Positions 1-10,500 of a stretch of 64,000 nt of DNA are shown piece after piece (position 1 is the stretch's first letter; each line of letters begins with the position of its first letter). A model generated the notes under the pieces. That model had not been told where the DNA came from, did no database searches, and saw nothing but the letters and a program-made list of their open reading frames with translations. The translations under genes were made by a program, and so were the position numbers. The stretch is from Bispira polyomma (taxonomy: Eukaryota), in the NCBI GenBank assembly GCA_965649765.1, contig OZ287759.1:42532001-42596000 (forward strand). Direction: 5' to 3'.

Positions 1-1760
1 CGGGAGTGACATTTTAACCTTTGCCATACCTACCAAAATCCTTGCAAACGGCCCCCATGTCTTCTGTCGTTGTCACTTCCTTCTACCTCTGCCGGTTCGG
101 CTGGCTGGGGAAGACTGGTAACTTACAGACTTCGTGTTAAATGATTGGCCACGAAAAGAAGACTGCCTCTTGCCAGGTGGATTCTGGTGCTGAGTAGAGG
201 AGATCTGATTAAAGTGTTTAAAATTTGACTTGGTCTCGTACTTCCGTCTTTTGGGCTGCTTCGAGACCTATCCTTTGCTAGTCTTTTCTTGACATCGTTA
301 AGAGTGTTTGGAGAAAATAGATCTGCACTGAAGAAACCTTTCCTTGTAAGTCTATTCACATGGTGATCTCCAATAGGTAGATTACTGGCCTTTAAGATAT
401 TGTCTCTCCTGACCAACTGTAAGTTACAGGCCATAGCAATGCTTGTATCCACAATAGTCTCTAAAGCCTTATCAACCAAACCAAGGCAAGTCTGTGCTGT
501 CTGTAAATTGTTAGCAGCTCCATCTATCTCAGATTTCTGGCTATCAGGTAGTCCTTCTCCCATACCAGCCAAAGAAGCCTCCACATCTAACATAGACTTA
601 TCCATATCCCTAATGAACTGGCATACAAATGAAAGTACCTGCACATTTTCTCTCAGAGGAGTTTCCATAGACAGGATCTGTTTGCTTGGAATAGAGTAGC
701 TTGTAGGCAGACTTGCTGACTTGGCAAGTGACTTAAACGCTTCCTGACACTTAAGGGCAGAGGCTGCAAACGTATCCCCAGAGGACTTATATAAACGCAC
801 CTTAGGTCTGTTGTAAACCAAGAACTCGCCTTTATTCAGAGGGGTGGATGCCAAGAATTCTGGTGCATTTTCGTCTGGGTGCCCTGCTGCCACTGCTTCA
901 TAATGTCTCCATCTCTGGAGCACCTTCTCCACTGGAGGAAGAGACATAGGCAAAACAGTCATCTTTTTGGGTGTAGCTGGTCCAAAAATCCTGGCTGGCT
1001 GAGCAACATCCTCCCATACTGTCTTTAGACCAAAGACATGTCTCACGGTTGCCAGCATCTGACGATATGGAGGCTCTTCCTCATCTGCAGGATCATCATC
1101 TTTGTCTGCATCCAGTCTTGTTGGTAAGGGAGATCGAGCCCTCTTTCTGGCACCACCATCAGATACATCTTCAGTTGAGACTGATGTAACAGTCCGCTTC
1201 CTCTCAACTCCAGCAAGGCGGCTGCTAATGAAGGACAGCTGTGCTAGGATCTGCTGCAAGGGGTCCGAAGACCCCGGGCTGACTGCTGACTGTGCAGACG
1301 ACAGTGTCCCCTCTTCTGCTAGAAGTTTGTCTTCTGCCAACTTCTCTTTCTTCTTCAGCTTGGCCAAAGCCATCTCCAAACACCTTTTATGCTCTGGTAA
1401 GAGAGCAAGGCAAAAGTAGAAATCTTCTACTGACTCCACGACACAGACATCATCTCCAATCTTCCCAAAACGACACTGCAGACAGAACTTGTGGGAGTCA
1501 AAGTCATAGGCTGGGTGACCACATCCAGGAGATAGACGTTGCTTATGTGAACGCTTTCCCTGTATTACTTGTTTCTCAGCCATAACTCCAGACAAAGACG
1601 TTTCCAAAATTAAAAAAATAACGGTCGAAAAATAAAAGCATCAAGGTGCACACAAACGCGACCAAATGAAAACTGGGGCTTTCTCTCGTTGTACGAGAGT
1701 TGGGTACTTCCTGGCATGCGCAGTGAGGATTGTCGAGGAAATTTTAAAATTAAATCACAA
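1..1760 (-). mobile_element. DIRS1-like (tyrosine recombinase) retrotransposon, 5' part
   Basis: Gag-like ORF 123-1607 with an N-terminal Cys/His cluster. Positions 59-2 read HGGRLQGFW*VWQRL, the typical start of a DIRS reverse transcriptase ORF, here with an in-frame stop. The boundary near 1760 is approximate. Confidence 0.75.
123..1607 (-). CDS. DIRS-like ORF1 (gag-like), about 490 aa
   Basis: Long open frame with motif CGHxxxxFDxHxFCxxCR...DxC, a coiled-coil-like central region, and a position directly before the RT start motif. Confidence 0.7.
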   Translation of the reverse strand: METSLSGVMAEKQVIQGKRSHKQRLSPGCGHPAYDFDSHKFCLQCRFGKIGDDVCVVESVEDFYFCLALLPEHKRCLEMALAKLKKKEKLAEDKLLAEEGTLSSAQSAVSPGSSDPLQQILAQLSFISSRLAGVERKRTVTSVSTEDVSDGGARKRARSPLPTRLDADKDDDPADEEEPPYRQMLATVRHVFGLKTVWEDVAQPARIFGPATPKKMTVLPMSLPPVEKVLQRWRHYEAVAAGHPDENAPEFLASTPLNKGEFLVYNRPKVRLYKSSGDTFAASALKCQEAFKSLAKSASLPTSYSIPSKQILSMETPLRENVQVLSFVCQFIRDMDKSMLDVEASLAGMGEGLPDSQKSEIDGAANNLQTAQTCLGLVDKALETIVDTSIAMACNLQLVRRDNILKASNLPIGDHHVNRLTRKGFFSADLFSPNTLNDVKKRLAKDRSRSSPKDGSTRPSQILNTLIRSPLLSTRIHLARGSLLFVANHLTRSL

Positions 1761-1853
1761 GAATAGTCTTTGTTAAAAAGACTAGGTGATTTTTTGGTCA
1801 TCATTGAGGTAAACTAAATGAAATAGCATTAGTGAGGATAAGGTAGAGAGTAT

Positions 1854-2400
1854 TTATCGCAATAAAATATGTTTTTGCATTATATCTATTAATTTATTTC
1901 TTGCTTGCAGGTTACTGATGTTGATATAGTTCTTACAATCCATGCTTTTATCTAAAAAGAAGTTCAAGTAACCACATAATATTATATTTTCACACTCTGT
2001 ACCGACAATTAGTCTTTGAATTGTTTCATAGAAGCTTAGTTTGTCAGTATTTGGAGAATAAACATTGATCAATAATATATTTAGATCACATATTGTTAGT
2101 TCAACTGTTAATAAATTACCAATGTCATCAGTAGTTGTTTGAGAAATTTTATATTCAAAACCTTTGTTTATCAAAATTGCAACACCCCTTGAATTTGTTT
2201 TACTTCCATGAATAATGGATTGACCATCCTGTAGCCTTTTCACTGAACTTATTTTATCTTTTGTCCAGTGTGTGTCTTGTAAACAGATAATACTTGCATT
2301 CAAAGTTTTCAGATGAGATAAAACATCAAATTTCTTGTGTTTGTCTCTTAATCCCTGACAATTTGCTGACAACACTTTGATATTATTTTCATCCGCCATC
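1854..2400 (-). mobile_element. L1/Tx1-clade LINE ORF2 fragment (APE endonuclease), truncated
   Basis: Motifs SANCQGL, IICLQDTH, SRGVAIL, LINVYSPN and IILCG(D>Y)LN. It breaks off next to the DIRS element. Confidence 0.85.
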
Positions 2401-3529
2401 CTTCTTTTCAATAAGTCCATTCAAATTGCATGCAAAGATAGTTTAGATTAAAGAAATAAGAACTGTTATTACCTATCAAGACATACCTATGGATAAGGGT
2501 TAACACATACTTGATTATGATATTGACTGGCACCACAACAGTGTATATGATATTATAAACAAAAGTGTATATTCTATTACAAACACAAAAGCATCGTTCT
2601 AACATTGTTCTCAGTAAAATACTTGTAACTGTTAAAAATAGAAAGTAACTATTTACAATGGTGGAGCATAAGGCAGAGACTCCTGGTTATCCTAGAGTGT
2701 GATGGGAGAGTGTGTTTCTTATGTTCGATGTCAATTTATACACCGAAAAAAAAATAGGTAACAATATCATCAATTGTGGTGTCTTTAGAGTTAGATACAT
2801 ATTAAATTGTGTTTCATTTATCTTTAAAAAATCAAATATCCGTCTTGCTTTAAGAGAAAGTGAGGGTCAAGGTTATTTTACAAAAACAAAAAACATCCTA
2901 TAAACAATTTATCAGAGAAAAATATAGAATTAAAAGAAACTTGTGACACATCATATAGATCCACATTTGCATAAGTAAAAACAAAGAGAAAAGTATTGAC
3001 TTAATGGAAGTTAATTACAAAAGGCGCTTTACGATGATTGCTAACACTTTTGGTGTATCTTTATCAAATAAACAAATACCGTTAAACCCTTCAAGTATAA
3101 CTCTGATAAGCGGAGTTACCTGTAAAGTAGAAATTAGTTTAAGGTCCTGGTGCCAAATTTCTAAATAATGTTTGCCCTGTTAAGTAATAGTTCTGTAGGG
3201 TACTACAAATTTTTATGGTCCCTCAGATTCGACTTAACAGGGTTTCACTGTAGATGTAAATCAGAAAAGCTTACAATAATTTTAGGTATAAAACATACCA
3301 AGTATCTGCAATCACTCATGTTTATATGAGGTTATGTTTGTGTTAACTGAGTTTTAGTTTAACTTGAAAACATCTTTTAAGTGACCTTGAAAATGTTTGA
3401 CCAGAATTTAAATAAACAAAATTTAGGAACAATTTGACTAAATGTGACATTTATACAAACTATCAATGTCAAGTGTCTGAAGTGAATGCCAAGACTAGCA
3501 CGATCTTTAGAAGTTAAATGTCCAATATC

Positions 3530-3730
3530 CAGAGGATTTGTTTCTACTGATGTCTAAGTTGTAGTTGTACCACCTTATCTCTAACTAGTACCTCTCAGAG
3601 GATTTGGTTCTACTAATGTCTTAGTTGTAGTTGTACCACCTCATCTCTATCTAGTATCTCTGAGAGGATTTGGTTCTACTGATGTCTAACTTGTGGTTGT
3701 ACTAGCTCAACTGTATCTAGTACCTCTCAA
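3530..3730. repeat. 3 x ~66-bp tandem repeat
   Basis: Repeated agaggatttggttctactgatgtc...ctagtacctctc. Confidence 0.8.
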
Positions 3731-4181
3731 TGTAGGGACCCCAAAATGGATACAGTCACAGAGACATTCAAGTTGTACTGGTTCTGGTTACAGAGAGTGA
3801 ACTCTACTAATTTATGACTAAACTTACTGGTAAAGTGCATTTTGTTAAATACTTACAATTTTTGGTGTCTCCTAATTTATAATTTAACTTATTGGTAAAG
3901 TGCATTTTTCTTGCATATGTGATCTGTGGTGTCTCCTAATCTCTAATTGAATTTACTAGCATAACGTCTATTTCGAACACCTGATTTGTGCTGTATAAAT
4001 AGGTTAACATAAAGTGGGTGAATCTTTTAAAACTACAAAAACAATATAAAGTATGTAACCTCTGCAAAGTCATTAAATCAGTAGGGGATATCCAGAGAAC
4101 TGTTTTAAATAAGCTAGGTGTTCATCTTGTCCGAAGAACAATTTCCTGGGAGTTGAATATCAACTTTACTTTAGGATAATC

Positions 4182-4389
4182 TGTGTCCTAATGTATGACT
4201 TGACTTACCAGTAAAGTTCCCCTTTCTAAGACGTACTCTGAAAATACTCCTGTGTCCTAATTAATGACTTAACTTACCAGTGAAGTTCCCCTTTCTAAGA
4301 CGTACTCTGAAAATACTCCTGTGTCCTAATTGATGACTTGACTTACCAGTAAAGTTCCTCTTTCTAAGACGTACTCTGGAAAATACTCC
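4182..4389. repeat. 3 x 69-bp tandem repeat spanning the donor site of SLC28 exon 4347-4500
   Basis: Units start at 4182, 4251 and 4320; weaker relics at about 3800-3965. Confidence 0.9.
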
Positions 4390-4500
4390 ACCTCCTTACC
4401 CGGTACAGACAGCGTGAAGTTGTAGAGGATGATGTCTCTCCCAGAGAAGGAGTGGGATCCATTGACCGTCGCCATGTGGTTGTTAAAGTGTTCTTTATTT
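4347..4500 (-). CDS. SLC28A3: SLC28 exon encoding a hydrophilic loop (NKEHFNNH...ERGTLL)
   Basis: Boundaries aatcag|A and CTG|gtaagt; 154 nt, open in the phase required by the previous exon. Confidence 0.75.
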
Positions 4501-7500
4501 CTGATTAACAAAACAGTTGCTCCAGTTATAAAGTAACCTTCATATATTAGTTTGATCGGACAATTAAATGTACAAATTTATAAAAAAAGTCAAAAACAGT
4601 GCCAATATAAAGAAGTATATTAAGTGATTAACTCAGTATATTAAGTGATTAACTCAGTATATTAAGTGATTAACTCAGTATATGAAGTGATAACATTAAG
4701 TGATTAACTCAGTATATAAAGTGATTAACTCAGTGTATCCCCAATATGAATTGTGATAAAACAGCTCAAATTCTATTTACACTCAGATCTTCATTCCTTA
4801 AAAATACGTCTCAGACAATTCATGTAATAATTATCTTTTAATACACTGCGAGCGTGTATTCCACAAAATTAATATTTTTATTTCTCTTATAACAAAAAAT
4901 TTGCTAAGAGTGAAAATTAATGTAAGTAAAATTGTTAAAATTATAAATTATTATAAAAAAATTTACATCTAAAATTTCACCTTATTCAGTATTTCATTTA
5001 TAATGAAATGACCACAAGGTCAGTACTTACTTTATGAACTTTCCTAGTCGATCATAGGCCACAAATTCATTGAGGAAGGTTTTGACACCAATGAGTTCTG
5101 CCATAACTCTGCATTCCTCTGGAGCTGTCCCCATCACTGCAGCCAAGGGATACAATAAGTAGGAGCAGATAAACTGAAACAAGAAACAATCCAATGCAAC
5201 GTTTGTTTTCTGTTCTCTTCTATTTATATCTGTCGCTGTAACCTGGTGAGTAATACACTGATTTAGAAAGGTACAGGACCTGAGGAAGGTCTTCACACTG
5301 TAACCTGGTGAGTAATACACTGATTTAGGAAGGAACAGGACCTGAGGAAGGTCTTCACACTGTAACCTAGTGAGTAATACACTGATTTAGGAAGGTACAG
5401 GACCTCAGGAAGGTCTTCACACTGTAACCTGGTGACTAATACACTGATTTAGGAAGGTACACGACCTGGGTTTTAATCTCAGCCCAGGTGACCAGATACA
5501 AGCACGTACATATGCAATGACCACTTAAAATGGCAATCCTTCTATCCCAGTGGCAGACTAAAGAAACATGGGATGTTGATAAATGGTCATCCTCAAGCCT
5601 CTCTCTTCAGTTAGGGGAATGTCACTTAGGGGAAAGTCAGTTAGGGGAATGTCAGTTAGATGTTTTCACCAGGTTCTGCTGGTTTGTCACAAAAATGACT
5701 TAATTGATATATAGGACATCAAATTTTGTCGAAGGATGAGGCATATACCAAGGTAAAAATTAAAATGTTGGAGTAGATTAGGTAGGACAGTTGCAGGACT
5801 TTTTTTCTCAATTTTAACACTGTAGCACCTTAGCAAAGGTATGCTCTACAATGAGTAGAGAGTACCTACCCAGGTTTCACTATTACCTTTTTCTACACTG
5901 TGACTAAATACAGGATACAAATATTGAGAAATTTCATACTAAAACAAAACTTTGGTCAGCAGTTGAGTCATTGTTTACCCATAAACAAAACAAAATTGCT
6001 GAACCTTGGTGAAGGTTAGCACTCTACACCAACAGGGCAAACACAGAATACATCCAAGAGGAGATATAAAGGTGAGTGAACTCACCTCAAAAGTGAATTC
6101 TTCGTGTTTTGGTGGGATGAGCCCCACACGGTGACCTAGCCAGGTGAGTGTAGAGTTGACAAAGTGCAGGAGAGAGATGGCTGCAATCAGGTTCACTGCG
6201 ATGTTAGCAACCAGTTTGACACTCTGAGACGCTCCTGCGGATGCTGCTTCTATGATGTTACGTTCTTTGCTGTATGGTGGATATGAGAGTTGTATGTAAA
6301 AGACAGCGAGAATTTTACTAAAGTGACCTTGTTATTGAAGTTACATAAAACAAGATAATTAACTTGCTTCTTAAAAGCAGTGAAATCTACTTCAGGAAAA
6401 AAAGTATGGTTTAACATTGTAATATTACACTATGGTGAAATTATTTTCTTGTAAACAAAAGGCAATAAAATACAATAGAAGTTTTATGCGTAAGACTCAT
6501 CAGAAAGGTAATACAAATGCCCATGTCAATGTACCATGCTTCTCTGACATGTAGAAGTGAATGAAACCTAGAAGAGTACATTATCTACTCTGACATGTAG
6601 AAGTGAAAGAATTTATTTGGATAATAGAATGTCCGTAAAATAGAAGTGGAATTTCAGTATGAAACATAACAAAAAATTTGTTTAGGAGAGTGAAATTGAG
6701 TTCATAAAATCAAATATTCAGATAATAGAAGGTCGGATAATAGGGGTTTTACTGTACTATTAAAGCTTCCACAATTAGTGTTACCAATAAAGTGGGTTAC
6801 AAACCTTAAATTCCTTCCAACACAGATTTAAACAAATTGCTTAATAATGTATTACCTTCTCTGTCCGGTCTCGGCCAGCAGTTGATTTTTTTTCTTGTTC
6901 TTCACTCATTCTGATTTGCATTATGATGTAGTGCTTTAGAATTTGATATCAAAATAAGGGCTAAAAAGTATGACAATAATAATTGCTTTGTTCTTAGTTA
7001 TAATTCTATTCCTTTGTATGTTTGAGTGTGTCACCTTGGTTCCATAGCTTTGACATCTTCAGCTTTGGTCTTAGACACCTGAGTCTCTGGGTAGAAGAGC
7101 TTTGAAATGGCCAGGGCTGCAGGTGCTGACATCACAGAGGCTGAGATCAAATGATTGGCTGGAACCTGTGTATGTAAGGTATAACAGTATACATGATTGG
7201 CTGGAACTTGTGTATGTAAGGTAAAACAGAACACATGATTGGCTGGAACCTGTGTGTGTAAGGTAAAACAGAACACATGACTGGCTGGAACCTGTGTGTG
7301 TAAGGTATAACAGTATACATGATTGGCTGGAACCTGAGTGTGTAAGGTATAACGGTATGCATGATTGGCTGGAACCTGTGTGTGTAAGGTGTAACAGAAT
7401 ATGTGATTGGCTGGAACCTGTGTGTGTAAGGTGTAACAGTACAGATGATTGGCTGGAACTTGTGTGTGTAAGGTAAAACAGAATACATGATTGGCTGGAA

Positions 7501-10500
7501 CCTGTGTGTGTAAGGTATAACAGTATACATGATTGGCTGGAACCTGTGTGTGTAAGGTATAACAGTACACATGATTGGCTGGAACTTGTGTGTATGTAAG
7601 GTATAACAGTATACATGATTGGCTGGAACCTGTGTGTGTAAGGTATAACAGTATACATGATTGGCTGGAACCTGTGTGTGTAAGGTGTAACAGTATACAT
7701 GATTGGCTGGAACCTGTGTGTTAAGGTATAACAGTATACATGATTGGCTGGAACCTGTGTATGTACGGTATAACAGTATACATGATTGGCTGGAACCTGT
7801 GTATGTAAGGTATAACAGAATACATGATTGGCTGGAATCTGTGTGTGTAAGGTATAACAGAATACGTGATTGGCTGGAACCTGTGTGTGTAAGGTATAAC
7901 AGAATACGTGATTGGCTGAAACCTGTGTGTGTAAGGTATAACAGTATACATGATTGGCTGGAACCTGTGTGTATGTAAGGTATAACAGTATACATGATTG
8001 GCTGGAACCTGTGTGTGTAAAGTATAACAGTATACATGATTGGCTGGAACCTGTGTGTGTAAGGTATTTAACATACTACATGATTGGCTGGAACCTGAGT
8101 GTGTAAGGTATTTAACATAATATGTGATTGGCTGGAACCTGTGTGTGTAAGGTATAACAGTATATGTGATTGGCTGGAACCTGTGTGTGTAAGATAGAAC
8201 AGTACAATACAGTATTGAAAAGAACAATTTTCATTGCACAAAAATGATGTTTAGCTTTAAAGACATAACATCCATGAGGTTAACCAATAGCATATTCCAG
8301 GTACATACTGGGGTTTGTAAGGAATCTGGAGTGTGTATGGAGAGAAACTATTACCAGTTCCGCTCTCCATCTCATCCATGTTCGCGTAAACTTTTCAAAT
8401 ATAACGGAAAACGGCCTTATAATTTTGCGAAAAAACGTATCATATAACAACAAATACCATAAAGAAACTATCAAAAATCGATGTTTTTATATGCAAAACT
8501 TTGTAAAACATACCAGTTTAAGGTAATTTGGGCATATAAACAGCCATAATTTGCACTTCCTGTGTATACTAACAATGGTGACGTTTTCTCACCTGGGAGC
8601 ACGTGTAATTTCCGGCACACAGTTAAAGATAAAAACAACAAAATGGGGCTGTTTTTCACAAAAAATTGTATGGATTTCTTGATTATTCTATTTAACAGAT
8701 AAAATATGCGATTTTGATGTACTTTATGTCATTTTATATGGATCGAAACGAAAAACGAGTTCACATAACGGCACATTCTGGAGACCAGAACCTGTAAGAA
8801 TCAATGGATGAATTAAAGTGCACTACTTAAGCTATGCATGCACTTGATTAAGTTCTTTGATGTGCACATATATTATAGTACTGGAGGATGTTCTAGATCA
8901 AGTACTGTTTCACTTGCCTGATTTTTATTTAAACATTACCATTCACAATTATTTTTACAAGGTTAAAATCCTTGACTTGTTTGTATGTAAATATCTTTAA
9001 TAGACTGTCAGATTGGTTAATAGTTTACATTAGATTCCGAAACTTGTTTGTTAATAATTCTTATACAAAGACTGTTTGATTGGTTTACATATGCTGCAAT
9101 ATAAAAACTATATACCACACACAAAGTTGCCAATTAAGTGTGTACATACCGTTTTAATTAAACTTCTTTGTCAATTAATAACAGAAGTATTTCTTAAGGT
9201 CGTTTTATGTAAGTAACTCACCCCAAATAGGATATAGGCAGCCAGTACAGAGCCTGCTATGGTGGCAAATCCTCCTGTCATGATGGCATGGATCTCTGAA
9301 CGGGTCATGTCTTTGAGCAATGGGCGGATCATCAGTGGGGCTTCAGTCTGTAACAACAAGGTGCTGGAGTCTATTTAGGTTTACATGTTAGTGTTTAACT
9401 TCTATAGCACTACAATCTATGCCCAGGCATCCTCTGTGGTGAACATTCTAGTCTAGTGGGGCTTTAGTCTGTAACAAGGTGCTCGAGTCTATTTAGGTTT
9501 ACATGTTAGTGTTTAACTTCTATAGCACTACAATCTATGCCTATATCTATAGGTGAACATTCTGGTCAAGGTCCAGAATGGATACTTCCACAACACAGCA
9601 TTGGTTGTCAGCAGCAGGTAATGGTGTGTTCATATCTTGCCCAAGGATCTGATCCCCAATCACCATTATGGTATTGTTGAGACTCGAACCAGTGACCAAC
9701 ATGTTTGGCTGAGAGCGATTCTATTGTAGTTACCTGAAGCATTCCGTTAGTTTATACCACTAGCATGTTTGGCTGAGAGCGATTCTATTGTAGTTAACTG
9801 AAGCATTCTGTTAGTTCATACCACTAACATGTTTGGATAAGAGCGATTCTCTTGTAGTTACCTGAAGCATTCCGTTAGTTTATACCACTAACATGTTTGG
9901 CTGAGAGCGATTCTATTGTAGTTAACTGAAGCATTCTGTTAGTTCATACCACTAACATGTTTGGATAAGAGCGAGTCTCTTGTAGTTACCTGAAGCATTC
10001 CGTTAGTTTATACCACTAACATGTTTGGATGAGAGCGACTCCATTGTAGTTAACTAAAGCATTCTGTTAGTTTAAACCACTAGCACACAAAGCTAACACA
10101 TAATCTGAATTCTGAACATTAAGTCCTAATATCAAGTCAAATGTTTGCAGCATTTTGTCAATAACACAATTATCTGTTTATATACACTTACAATGTAATC
10201 TAGCAAACCCTTCCAAATCTGTGTATTGTATACCTGTCCAATGAAGATATTTCCTGCTGCGCTAAGAGACTCTCCAGCCGTAGTGCCCATGAGAAACTCG
10301 AGAACCGAGCCCACCTTTTGTATGACAGCCTGCATCACACCCAGGTAGTAGAGCATAGAGATGACTGTACTAAAGAAAACTACCACTGGCAGCACCTGGA
10401 AAAAAATAAGTGCATTGAAGAAAACTACTAACACCTGGAAATAAATCAATATGCTGAGAAAACAAACAATGGCAGAACCTAGAAATAAACTAATAAAATA

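Noticed and set aside
3015-3119. Candidate SLC28 terminal exon (ttacag|VTPLIRVILEGFNG...RLL*)
   Set aside because: Phase-compatible, but it lacks the conserved ATYALCGF-type motif and remaining TM helices expected next.
7071-8227. Long ORFs in several frames across the 42-bp array
   Set aside because: They are a by-product of a stop-free unit whose length is divisible by 3; only 7035-7165 is homologous to CNT.
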